DNA of 64,000 bases, from the IMG/VR virus record IMGVR_UViG_3300046314_000711; one strand, given 5' to 3'. Of the stretch, positions 50,161-59,010 are shown one piece after another. The translations under genes and the position numbers were made by a program. Position 1 is the first letter of the stretch; each line of letters starts with the position of its first letter. Origin of the DNA: a virus. The notes beneath the pieces are model-generated. The model was not told the DNA's origin and ran no database searches. It saw nothing but the letters and a program-made list of their open reading frames with translations.

Positions 50161-50654
50161 TATGTAAACCAGTAGCAGCATTTGGCTATGTTGTATTCTT
50201 AGCATCACTAGTGGATGGTGAGGTACATACGGTTAATATCACATCACAAGATGGTGCGTATACTAATGGGTATTACTACTACTATGAAGGTCTCGCGAAG
50301 TTTCATTCAGTTGATACTAATACTGACTTGCCAGATCGAACGATAGGTTGGTTGAATAAAGAACATTCTGATGCAGGTACAACAGCTCCTGGTACCGTCT
50401 CGATTACTGCTGTGGGTGATACGTCTTGGGTGTGCATCCCACTAACACACAACGTATCGCTTCCCCCTAGTCTAACCAGCCTCACTCTATCTTCTAGCGA
50501 CACCGGAACATTCGCACAAGGTTCGGACTTGTTTTTGGTGAAAGGCAGCGTAACTGTTGCCGGTAGGGTGTTTGTTGGTCCTGCTCAAATTCGTGTTCGA
50601 TCGGGAGATGTGCAGTACACTCCCACTGAACCATCACATTTACTGAAGTTCTGA
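50157..50654 (+). CDS. hypothetical beta-rich (cupin-like) protein
   Basis: ATGA overlap with upstream gene. Confidence 0.55.
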   Translation: MICKPVAAFGYVVFLASLVDGEVHTVNITSQDGAYTNGYYYYYEGLAKFHSVDTNTDLPDRTIGWLNKEHSDAGTTAPGTVSITAVGDTSWVCIPLTHNVSLPPSLTSLTLSSSDTGTFAQGSDLFLVKGSVTVAGRVFVGPAQIRVRSGDVQYTPTEPSHLLKF

Positions 50655-50655
50655 C

Positions 50656-51396
50656 ATGCAAACGCACACTTGGCACCGCACTGTAGTATCACTGGTCGGT
50701 ACTGCAGTGTGCATACAACAGTTGTGGGTTAGTGCACCCTGGTATCTATTCGCAGTTTCGTACTTGATATATTATGCAATCGCAATTGCCTCTACAGTCG
50801 GGTACCACCGTCTCTTCAACCACAACACATTTAAATGCAAGCAACGGTGGCACTGGTTATTTGGTATAATCGGATGCATTGGACTTAATTCAAGTCCATT
50901 TCACTGGTCTGTGGTACACTCAGGTCACCACAAGTACTCGGATACGGTAAGCGACCCATACGACTCGTCTTGGAGGTTTTTCTTCCGTCTGAAAGACAGG
51001 TCACTCAAAGTTTTCAGAAATGATATTAGGTTAGCACGACAACCACTCCATGTGTTTTTCGTTGATCACTCTTTCACGATCAGCTTACTATATGCAACAA
51101 GCGCGTATTTTTTATTTGGTTGGATGGGATTGGCATTTCTATACTTCATTCCTGTCGGACTGTATATAATGGGCGTAGGTGTGCACACACTAAATGCTCA
51201 TAAGGACAGTGGTCCGCGTAACATATGGTGGATGGAGTTCATTGTCCCGATGGGTGGAGAATGGTTGCATCAAACTCATCACCAGAAGCCTTGGTTAGAA
51301 AACTTTAAGACGGAACAATTTCACTATGACATCGGATACACCATCATCAACCTCATTAGAACCGATAAACGACATTCCGGAACTTCACGCACTTGA
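50656..51396 (+). CDS. membrane fatty-acid desaturase (delta9-like)
   Basis: His boxes HRLFNH, HSGHH, HQTHH; TM segments. Confidence 0.9.
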   Translation: MQTHTWHRTVVSLVGTAVCIQQLWVSAPWYLFAVSYLIYYAIAIASTVGYHRLFNHNTFKCKQRWHWLFGIIGCIGLNSSPFHWSVVHSGHHKYSDTVSDPYDSSWRFFFRLKDRSLKVFRNDIRLARQPLHVFFVDHSFTISLLYATSAYFLFGWMGLAFLYFIPVGLYIMGVGVHTLNAHKDSGPRNIWWMEFIVPMGGEWLHQTHHQKPWLENFKTEQFHYDIGYTIINLIRTDKRHSGTSRT

Positions 51397-51568
51397 TGTG
51401 CAATATAAAACATCAATGATTGCCAAGCGTCCAACAACCTGGGACTTATCGTTTACTACACCACCATTGCTGTACTCTGCTGATAATATAGCAGCATTGT
51501 TAACGAAATTGCAGCCGTAAACTACTGCCGAATCTTTAGTTCGGCAGTTTCACGCCGCTCACACATAT

Positions 51569-52516
51569 ATGAAATACTATTACCACAGAGGTGGGTTATG
51601 TCCCACTATGACATCTCCAGACCATGCTGTCAACATAATCGATCGAACGCAGACGATACTACCTAACAGCTCAATAGCAGTATACACACCTATTGGCAAG
51701 TTAATAACGCCAAAATCAGTTGCTGAGTTATTTCACACTCGTGCATCGGAGATTATCACAATAGCAGCTGGCCGTAAAATTGCTGTAGCTTGGAGTGGAG
51801 GAATTGACTCTACATCTATTCTTGTTGAATTTTTAAAACTCGTACCGAATGATCAGCTGATGGTATTGTTGAACGACTTTTCCATTCGCGAGTATCCGGA
51901 CTTCTACACTCGATACATCGATGGTAAAATAGAACAGCGCTTGTTTGATTTATACTCCGACAATTTTATGGATACGTACATTGACGATTGTGTTATTGTC
52001 ACTGGTATTTTGTTCGATAGGGTAATGGGGGATTCCTTGTTCCATGCGCTAACAGAAGAAGATTTAAAAATGTCCACAGCATCTTTTCTAAATTCTGTCA
52101 ATGCGACAAGCAGAGAGATGTATTCCACCCTGTTTGCTGCGTGTCCTCGTCCGTTAGAGACTCTCAAAGATATAAGTTGGTGGCAGAGCTATGCGCTCAA
52201 CTGGCAAAGTGGAGAAATGGTTTGGTTGCTATTGAGTGAAAAGTTGCGTCTCGAATCTAATATGTTTAATTTTTGCACCAGCCCGGATTGGAATGATTAT
52301 GCTGTATCAGCTCCCATGGAGGAGAAGTGGCCAGGATACCAGCAAAAACACTACAAATGGCCTTTGAAACAACACATATTTGAGTTTACACACGATAGTC
52401 AATATCGTGATAATAAATGTAAAGTTTTTTCATGGCGGCGGTATCGAACACCAGAGCAATGGAAAAAAATTCCAATTTATATTACAACTGACTGGAAACG
52501 AGGATATGCAGCATGA
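51569..52516 (+). CDS. PP-loop/asparagine-synthetase-like ATP pyrophosphatase
   Basis: AWSGGIDST; YKWPLKQHI. Confidence 0.7.
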   Translation: MKYYYHRGGLCPTMTSPDHAVNIIDRTQTILPNSSIAVYTPIGKLITPKSVAELFHTRASEIITIAAGRKIAVAWSGGIDSTSILVEFLKLVPNDQLMVLLNDFSIREYPDFYTRYIDGKIEQRLFDLYSDNFMDTYIDDCVIVTGILFDRVMGDSLFHALTEEDLKMSTASFLNSVNATSREMYSTLFAACPRPLETLKDISWWQSYALNWQSGEMVWLLLSEKLRLESNMFNFCTSPDWNDYAVSAPMEEKWPGYQQKHYKWPLKQHIFEFTHDSQYRDNKCKVFSWRRYRTPEQWKKIPIYITTDWKRGYAA

Positions 52517-52971
52517 ATACAAATATTGAGTTCAAGCGAGAAAGATTGAATGCGATCCGGCCACATATCGACGGATTGTTAGACTTTAACTACGATGAGC
52601 TCACGCTCAACAAGCACGTTATTAAACTCAATCCTGACTGGGTTAAGTATGATCAATTAGAACAAGAAAACAAGTTGATTATTTTCACAGTTCGCCACTC
52701 GGGTGTGTTAGTTGGGTACAGTTTTTTTATAGTTGATACACACCTACACTATAAAGATTTGGTCGTTGCTAATAATGATGTGTTGTTCATTCGTAAGGAC
52801 TATCGGCAGGGGATGCTTGGGATTAAATTTCTGAAGTTTTGTGACGCTGAATTACATCATGTCGATAAGATTGTGTGGCACGTGAAAGACGCTAATGATT
52901 TTAAACCTATTCTACATAGAATGGGGTATAAAAACGAAGATACTCTAGTGGGAAAGTTGCGCGTAGGGTAA
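52513..52971 (+). CDS. GNAT acetyltransferase
   Basis: LVGY, FIRKDYRQG, LHRMGY. Confidence 0.8.
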   Translation: MNTNIEFKRERLNAIRPHIDGLLDFNYDELTLNKHVIKLNPDWVKYDQLEQENKLIIFTVRHSGVLVGYSFFIVDTHLHYKDLVVANNDVLFIRKDYRQGMLGIKFLKFCDAELHHVDKIVWHVKDANDFKPILHRMGYKNEDTLVGKLRVG

Positions 52972-53008
52972 TGTTAGTGCCGGCCCAGTAAATATTGTTA
53001 TATTTGCT

Positions 53009-53599
53009 TTGATTGGGCATTGTGTGACCTGGCTATACCAACGAGTAACGATTCCAAACTATGAAGCACTAGCTGCGGAACTCAAATCAACCTTTGATGT
53101 ATTGACACGCAGTTACACTAGTGTCCAGCGCACCCAATTGTATATTACCTTATATGCTCATGAGATGTTGCCACTGTCTCCATTGTTGTACTCGTTCTTG
53201 AAATCTATTGGGCTACTCAACCGCTTTATGAAGAGTATCAATAGTACTCCAAATATCACTGTATCAAATATACTTCACATCGATTCCCCAAATAATTCAA
53301 TAAAGTATTCGTTCAACCTTCCCCTAAGTGATTGTAATGGTACCTACACAGCTTTTTATGCAGCTGATTCACCGCTTGTACTATCACCTTCAGGTAGAAA
53401 TTTAATTGCTCCACCTGGAATGGTTGAGCACGAGATAGATAGGGTGGAGTGTTCTACACCTATGTTCATTAATGCTAACACGCCCCACATGGGGGTATCA
53501 ACTAGACCTGGGCGGCTACTAATGTGTATTCGGTTTACTCCTGAATTAACTCGCCTGGAAGTCCAGCATATATGTAGCATCTTGAAATTCGCAGAATGA
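53009..53599 (+). CDS. 2OG-Fe(II) oxygenase/cupin-like protein
   Basis: LHID...FNLP...PHMG...R; start uncertain. Confidence 0.6.
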   Translation: MIGHCVTWLYQRVTIPNYEALAAELKSTFDVLTRSYTSVQRTQLYITLYAHEMLPLSPLLYSFLKSIGLLNRFMKSINSTPNITVSNILHIDSPNNSIKYSFNLPLSDCNGTYTAFYAADSPLVLSPSGRNLIAPPGMVEHEIDRVECSTPMFINANTPHMGVSTRPGRLLMCIRFTPELTRLEVQHICSILKFAE

Positions 53600-53712
53600 G
53601 AAGCATAACTTTGATCTGAGTTGATAGTAAAATACATGCAAGCGCACAAAATTGACATGACGTGGACCTAATTGCTACTAAATACAGTGGTAACAATAAA
53701 GGGTATTTTAAT

Positions 53713-56277
53713 ATGGCAACTTTTCAACACAGTTCGATAACGGGCGCAGACGTTCATAGCGTAGTAGCGTTTACAGCAACATCTACGTCAGCTCGTGACG
53801 CGCTATCGGTGGCAGCAGGTGATATCGGTAAGGTTTGCCGGGTCACCGCCGATAACACATTTTACATTTTAACAAGCACTTCTCCAGCCGTCTGGTCCCC
53901 GTTCAGCCCAACACCGTCTCTAGCTACTGTAGCAACATCTGGTGCATATGCTGATTTAACTGGTGCACCGTCTCTAGCTACTGTAGCAACATCTGGTGCA
54001 TATGCTGATTTAACTGGTGCGCCAACGATTCCTGATGTGTACACTCTACCAACTTCTTCCACATTGGTGCTAGGTGGTGTGAAAGTAGACGGTTCGACTA
54101 TCGACATTAATGGTAGTGGGGTTATTAGCGTAATAGGTGGTAGTGCTGCAACTCCTACAGCACGCGGTGCTGTGTACGGATCTGTAGACAACTTGGAAAA
54201 TACTGGAATCGGCAAATTCGCTCAAGCTACTGTTTCTACCACACTAACAGGCGATCGCAACACATCTGTTGGTGTATATTCACTGTATTCAATAACATCC
54301 GGTAATGATAATGCTGGTCTTGGTCACAATAGCTTACGTGGTTTGATATCGGGCAATCAAAACTCCGGTTTTGGCGCGTACTCGCTAAAAGCATTGACCA
54401 CTGGAAATCGAAACGTCGGTTTTGGTGCTCAATCTGGTGCAAATATTACAGGAGGCTATGGTAACATCGCGGTTGGCGTATTAGCACTCGATCAGTTGCG
54501 CGACGGCAGCCAAAACATCGCTATTGGTCAAGATTCACTAAAAGCACTGCGTAATGATGGTAGTACATACAATCAGCATTTCAATATTGCAATCGGTGCA
54601 TGGAGTGGTACAACCTTGACTTCAGGATACGATAACATTATTATCGGTACTAATGCAGAACCTTCCAGCGCCACTGTAAGTGGTGAAGTAACACTAGGTA
54701 CTACTACCTCCGTCAATAGATTCAGAATACCTGGCATTGGCTTGGATATTTCCAAAGCTGACGCCCAGGCAAACCACGACGGAAAAGTACTAGCATGGAG
54801 CACTGCTGCAAATTCCAGTGCTGGTGGATTTGTGTGGACTACCCCATCTACTTCGTACACCCTGCCAACAGCTTCTACGACAATATCAGGTGGTGTTAAA
54901 GTTGATGGTACCACAATTGCAATTGACGGCAGTGGCGTTATTAGTAGTATTGCTAGTGCTGCAGCTACTCCTACTGCATACTCGAAGCGCTTGATGCTTA
55001 CTGGCTCATCCACGATAGCTGGTACTGGTGCATCATCGTACGCCAACTCTTACGCCGGTAAACTAACAACTGCAATGACTGCACGTGGTTGGACTGTTGC
55101 GAATACAGGCATTTCAGGAAATGCGTCGCAAAATGTGATCGATAGATTCTATACTGATATTGCTCCTTTCAAACCTGATGTTGTAATGATCGGATTGACA
55201 ATTGCAAACGAAGGTATTTCGGGTAACGTCAACTTCAATAATGGTAAATTTGTTGGAGTGCAAACATACCTTAAAAACATATACAAGTTGGTTGATATGT
55301 GCAGGCAGATTGGTGCAAAAGCAATAATTGCAGGTCAATTTTCTCGTAACGAATATAACGGTAACGACTACGCATTTGCAAAATTTGTTGACAAAGAGCT
55401 ACAAACATCAAATATCCCTTATATCTTGTTGATGGGAACTGTTGATGACGGCACAGGTAATTACAAAACATTCATGACACCTGACGGCGTCCACCCAAAT
55501 AATCTTGGTCACGAAGCAATGTATCGTGCAATACCGCTATCGATGTTTGATAGAATACCAAACGGATTCCAGTACTGGGATGTTGACTATCCAAGCAGTG
55601 GCGTATATTTGAGTACTAATGACAACGTTGCATCCCCTATCAATATTCCACTAGATAACGTCAATAACGGTTATACAATTAGTTCATTGTCTGTTGAGCC
55701 AATTGGATGCTATTCAGTTGCGTTCTGGATTAAGAAGCGTAGTGGAGCTGCGAATGGACTCGCCTTTTTTGCTGCAAACAACAACGGTACCACTGGTGCT
55801 CCATTGCGCCTCCGTCAAGCAACTGGTAGTGAGTTGTATGAACTAGCAACTGGTGGCACAATCGTAGCTTCCGCAGTTAGTGCAGCAGATTTGCTTCCTC
55901 ACCACGTTGTTATAACTTACGAATACCAAGCAGGTCAATCTGTTGACGTAGCTAGTTTATACATTGACGGCGTGCTAATCGGTTCCGCTAATACTAACTT
56001 CGTAGGACAAAATCCATACTCATTCTCTCTGTTGGGTCGTCCAGACAATGCTGGTGTCAACGCTGTTGGTTATGAGATCTCTAAATTTGGTGCATGGAAG
56101 TCTGCACTAACACCTGATCAAGTTAAAGAAGCATACAGAGGTCGTTACCCTAAAGGTGGTTGCATTGCGTACTTGCCATTGTCAGATGCTAATACTGTAC
56201 AAGGTATTACATTGACACAAGTTGCAGCGTCTGATCGACTAGCAATTGTCAACAGTGCTAACATCGTATCGGTGTAA
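53713..56277 (+). CDS. tail fibre/spike with adhesin-like repeats, SGNH hydrolase and LamG-like domains
   Basis: LATVATSG repeats, LGGVKVDG, NxxxG repeats, GSS...DGVHPN, LYIDG; TAAATA at 53679. Confidence 0.75.
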   Translation: MATFQHSSITGADVHSVVAFTATSTSARDALSVAAGDIGKVCRVTADNTFYILTSTSPAVWSPFSPTPSLATVATSGAYADLTGAPSLATVATSGAYADLTGAPTIPDVYTLPTSSTLVLGGVKVDGSTIDINGSGVISVIGGSAATPTARGAVYGSVDNLENTGIGKFAQATVSTTLTGDRNTSVGVYSLYSITSGNDNAGLGHNSLRGLISGNQNSGFGAYSLKALTTGNRNVGFGAQSGANITGGYGNIAVGVLALDQLRDGSQNIAIGQDSLKALRNDGSTYNQHFNIAIGAWSGTTLTSGYDNIIIGTNAEPSSATVSGEVTLGTTTSVNRFRIPGIGLDISKADAQANHDGKVLAWSTAANSSAGGFVWTTPSTSYTLPTASTTISGGVKVDGTTIAIDGSGVISSIASAAATPTAYSKRLMLTGSSTIAGTGASSYANSYAGKLTTAMTARGWTVANTGISGNASQNVIDRFYTDIAPFKPDVVMIGLTIANEGISGNVNFNNGKFVGVQTYLKNIYKLVDMCRQIGAKAIIAGQFSRNEYNGNDYAFAKFVDKELQTSNIPYILLMGTVDDGTGNYKTFMTPDGVHPNNLGHEAMYRAIPLSMFDRIPNGFQYWDVDYPSSGVYLSTNDNVASPINIPLDNVNNGYTISSLSVEPIGCYSVAFWIKKRSGAANGLAFFAANNNGTTGAPLRLRQATGSELYELATGGTIVASAVSAADLLPHHVVITYEYQAGQSVDVASLYIDGVLIGSANTNFVGQNPYSFSLLGRPDNAGVNAVGYEISKFGAWKSALTPDQVKEAYRGRYPKGGCIAYLPLSDANTVQGITLTQVAASDRLAIVNSANIVSV
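53912..54020 (+). repeat. 54-bp tandem duplication in fibre gene
   Basis: PSLATVATSGAYADLTGA encoded twice identically. Confidence 0.9.
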
Positions 56278-56310
56278 ACTATAAGGAGTGTAAAAATCAA
56301 TACCTCTGGC

Positions 56311-56703
56311 TTGAAAACAATCATAGCAGGCTCACGTGGAATTACTGACTATAATATAGTCCACAAGGCGATATACGAATCGCCTTGGGTAATTACTGAA
56401 GTGGTGTCTGGTGGTGCTAGAGGTGTTGATACACTTGGCGAACAAGCGGCTGCCGCATTCGCCATCCCTGTGAAAGTATTTCCAGCTGCTTGGGCCACAC
56501 ACGGTCGAGCAGCTGGTCCTATTCGCAACCAAGAAATGGCTGAGTACAGTGATGGACTCATCGCAATATGGGACGGAGTAAGTACTGGAACTGCGGATAT
56601 GATCAGACGAGCGGAACGTATGAAGTTACGCGTTCACGTGATCAATCTGTCAACCGTGCCTGTGAAACCGTGGTACGATGATATGGATGAGTTTGGGTTT
56701 TGA
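56311..56703 (+). CDS. SLOG/YspA (DUF2493) family protein
   Basis: IAGSR, VSGGARGVD, AGPIRNQEMA, WDG.S.GT..MI. Confidence 0.88.
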   Translation: MKTIIAGSRGITDYNIVHKAIYESPWVITEVVSGGARGVDTLGEQAAAAFAIPVKVFPAAWATHGRAAGPIRNQEMAEYSDGLIAIWDGVSTGTADMIRRAERMKLRVHVINLSTVPVKPWYDDMDEFGF

Positions 56704-56713
56704 AAAATAACTG

Positions 56714-56892
56714 TTGACCCACTTTTCAAAATGTGTTACATTTAACTTATCGGTTCGCAAGAATGAAAGTTTGAACTAACCTGTTGACCAGATTTCGAAA
56801 ATGTGTTACATTAGACAAATCGGTTGATAAAAAAGATTTTTCTCCTAAACCATGAAAAATCGTTGACCACAAGAAGAGTTTGCATATATACT
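56714..56892 (+). promoter_or_regulatory. tandem sigma70 promoters of tRNA array 2
   Basis: TTGACC-17-TACATT at 56714 and 56784; TTGACC..TATACT at 56863. Confidence 0.75.
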
Positions 56893-56929
56893 TAAAAGAC
56901 TGATTAATTTAACTTAAAGAGAAACTAAA

Positions 56930-57037
56930 ATGAACGCCGTATTACTGAATCAACAACCGCTCTGTGCGCAACCGAATTATTGGTTGCAGCAAGCCTTTGT
57001 GCATTCGTTTTCCGCTAGTTCTGTAGAGACTCTCTAA
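56930..57037 (+). CDS. attenuator leader peptide of tRNA array 2 (MNAVLLNQQPLCAQPNYWLQQAFVHSFSASSVETL)
   Basis: 35-codon ORF with AAAGAG RBS; codons mirror array 2 tRNAs; contains antiterminator strand. Confidence 0.8.
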   Translation: MNAVLLNQQPLCAQPNYWLQQAFVHSFSASSVETL

Positions 57038-57065
57038 TAGAATAAAAAGCAAAAACAAATTTCAC

Positions 57066-57093
57066 AAGGGCTCCCTACAAGGAGCCCTTTTTT
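57066..57093 (+). terminator. attenuator terminator, array 2
   Basis: aagggctcc-ctacaa-ggagccctt plus T tract; 5' arm also pairs with 56992-57001. Confidence 0.9.
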
Positions 57094-57120
57094 ATTGAGC
57101 GATCGTGCACAATAAAGTGA

Positions 57121-57133
57121 TGTTCATTAAAAA
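57121..57133 (+). promoter_or_regulatory. boxA-like site
   Basis: tgttcattaaaaa. Confidence 0.6.
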
Positions 57134-57152
57134 TTAAAGAATATTGTAGTGC

Positions 57153-57225
57153 AGAGTGTTGGTGTAATTGGCAACATACAGAATTCCAAATTCTGCTGAT
57201 TTCAGTTCGAATCTGAAGCGCTCTG
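57153..57225 (+). tRNA. tRNA-Trp(CCA)
   Basis: cagaa-ttCCAaa-ttctg; canonical T arm. Confidence 0.85.
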
Positions 57226-57260
57226 CACTGCAATATTTGCGAAGAAATAGTTTTCTTTGT

Positions 57261-57344
57261 CCGTGTATAGGCTAGCCTGGTCAAGTCACTCGTTTTGGGG
57301 GCGAGAGTAGTAATACATCGCTGGTTCGAATCCAGCTACACGGA
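57261..57344 (+). tRNA. tRNA-Pro(TGG), long variable region
   Basis: ctcgt-ttTGGgg-gcgag; C1-G72, A73. Confidence 0.8.
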
Positions 57345-57360
57345 CAAAGAAAATTAATAT

Positions 57361-57445
57361 GGGGTGTTATACCGTTAAAGAGACGGTCCGGATTGTAAAC
57401 CCGGCGCTTTAAGCTCAGATGGAGCATTACCATCACACCCCACCA
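57361..57445 (+). tRNA. tRNA-Tyr(GTA)
   Basis: ttGTAaa loop, variable arm, CCA. Confidence 0.82.
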
Positions 57446-57463
57446 AAAATTAGTAATCTGTGC

Positions 57464-57538
57464 TGTGGTAGAGGCGTCTTGGTGACAACCGCGGAACTGT
57501 TAATTCCGATTAGCGTGTATCGTTCACACGTACCACAG
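57464..57538 (+). tRNA. tRNA-Asn(GTT)
   Basis: cggaa-ctGTTaa-ttccg; G73. Confidence 0.75.
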
Positions 57539-57563
57539 CACAGATTACTTAATAAAGCATTGC

Positions 57564-57645
57564 TGGCATATAGCTCGGTTGGTAGAGCGCTCAGTCTGGA
57601 CCTGAGAGACGCACATAAGTCGTATACATAGGTTTGAATGCTACT
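57564..57645 (+). pseudogene. degenerate tRNA (possibly Gln CTG)
   Basis: Good D arm and ctcag/ctgag stem around tCTGgac; T arm and acceptor 3' strand decayed. Confidence 0.5.
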
Positions 57646-57663
57646 AACGAAGTCAGTATTTTT

Positions 57664-57738
57664 CTCGGTAAAGCGTTGATGGCGTCGCACGTGTTTTGGG
57701 AACATGAGGGGAAGTTTCGAGCACTTCTACCGAGACCA
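57664..57738 (+). tRNA. tRNA-Pro(TGG)
   Basis: cgtgt-ttTGGga-acatg; CCA. Confidence 0.8.
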
Positions 57739-57746
57739 AGTTTTAT

Positions 57747-57818
57747 GGGGGCAGCAGTGGGCTGCGGTTCTGCCTTGCAAGTAGAATGTCTAGTGGGATT
57801 CGATTTCCCCGGCCTCCA
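57747..57818 (+). tRNA. tRNA-Ala(TGC)
   Basis: tctgc-ctTGCaa-gtaga; G3:U70. Confidence 0.7.
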
Positions 57819-57871
57819 CACATTTTCGGATAGCACCTTGCTATCTCTCAATCCACTGAATAGGTCGGTGG

Positions 57872-58150
57872 CGTGTTAATCGACTCTGCACACGCAGGGT
57901 TTTCAGTATCTACGATAAAGGTACGGCTAAGTTGTAATGCTAAAGAATTTATGCGCGATATGTCGAAAAGTGAGACAACTGCCTTTGACGCAGTACCAAA
58001 GAAGGGGCAGTACCTTCATCGCGTTCCAACTTATAGGAGATACTGTGAAAGCATTTGGTTCTAAACGAGCATACCACGACTGCCGAGTTTATCGTGCAGG
58101 ACGTGGTAAAAAGATCCTCTTCACCACTGGTGTCAAGAGTCGCAAACACG
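57872..58150 (+). ncRNA. unknown ~280-nt structured RNA
   Basis: Nested helices cgtgtt/aacacg, cgactct/agagtcg, cagtatct/agatactg, aaggtac/gtacctt. Confidence 0.55.
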
Positions 58151-58198
58151 GTCGCAAGACTGTAATATTGCAAGATGGTGAGAATTGATAGAGATTGC

Positions 58199-58278
58199 GC
58201 CCCTGTTGACAAATTGGAAAAGTCGTCTTTTTTAGAAAAAGAAATATTTTGCAGGTTCGAAGCCTGTCGGGGGCACCA
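58199..58278 (+). tRNA. tRNA-Leu(TAG)
   Basis: tcttt-ttTAGaa-aaaga; CCA. Confidence 0.8.
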
Positions 58279-58299
58279 AGTTTACAAGGAGATCGCAAT

Positions 58300-58470
58300 A
58301 TGAGCAAAAACGCAAAAAAGATCGCAGTACTAGAATCACGTATTGCAGAGTTGGAAGCAGAAATGAAGATGTCACTTCAAAGGAAGTTGTCTGGTAAGGT
58401 GGCATTTGATGTACCTGGCTGTCTTCGCAAGATTGCCGATCTGCGTAAAGATGTCAGCAACCTGAAGTGA
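58300..58470 (+). CDS. small coiled-coil protein in tRNA array
   Basis: AAGGAG RBS, 56 aa. Confidence 0.65.
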   Translation: MSKNAKKIAVLESRIAELEAEMKMSLQRKLSGKVAFDVPGCLRKIADLRKDVSNLK

Positions 58471-58500
58471 GAGTGCGATGCCATCATAATGATGGCACTA

Positions 58501-58684
58501 TTTTATGTCGTAGATTAGTGGAACCTGGAAAGCATCCGTACAAATGTGGACTGGAGGGCGCAACGAGTTGTTTGAAGCTAGTGGAGTGGCCACAAAGCCA
58601 GCAGAATCAATCTTCGTATGCTTAAATCGCTGTTCTTGGGTGAACGGAGACACTGTGTTGTGTAATGGTGCAGTCGACATAAAA
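58501..58684 (+). ncRNA. unknown ~185-nt RNA
   Basis: ttttatgtcg/cgacataaaa closing stem; no credible ORF. Confidence 0.45.
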
Positions 58685-58697
58685 TAGTTATAATTTT

Positions 58698-58780
58698 GCG
58701 AGTGTGGTGGAACGGGATACACTACTGTCTTAAACGCAGTCGCCCGTAAGGGATTGAGGGTTCGAGTCCCTCCACTCGCA
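58698..58780 (+). tRNA. tRNA-Leu(TAA)
   Basis: actgt-ctTAAac-gcagt, long variable arm. Confidence 0.9.
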
Positions 58781-58801
58781 CACATTTTTAGACTTTATTG
58801 A

Positions 58802-58885
58802 GTAGGCGTGGCAGAGCGGTCGAATGCGCGGGATTGCAATCCCCGATCCTTAAAGGACACGTCAGTTCAAATCTGACCGCCTACT
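58802..58885 (+). tRNA. tRNA-Cys(GCA), long variable arm
   Basis: ttGCAat loop; U73. Confidence 0.82.
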
Positions 58886-58902
58886 CAATAAAGTTTTTAT
58901 AT

Positions 58903-58979
58903 GCCCCCGTACGCTAAGAGGTAGTGCGACTGGACTTAAAATTTAGTGGCTGGGAGTTCGAATCTCCACTTCTTCACCA
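58903..58979 (+). pseudogene. chimeric tRNA-Leu(TAA)
   Basis: ctTAAaa loop and T arm present, but acceptor strands do not pair. Confidence 0.6.
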
Positions 58980-59010
58980 TTTATAAATAACAAACTGTTA
59001 ATAAAGTACG

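Noticed and set aside
57872-58150. tmRNA
   Set aside because: No Ala-type acceptor with T arm and CCA end, no evident tag ORF
57075-58785. ORF-track ORFs overlapping tRNA array 2
   Set aside because: Overlap tRNA/ncRNA genes; only 58300-58470 has a clear RBS
28312-58979. Stop-codon recoding or suppressor tRNAs
   Set aside because: No CTA/TTA/TCA anticodons; genes are intact in the standard code
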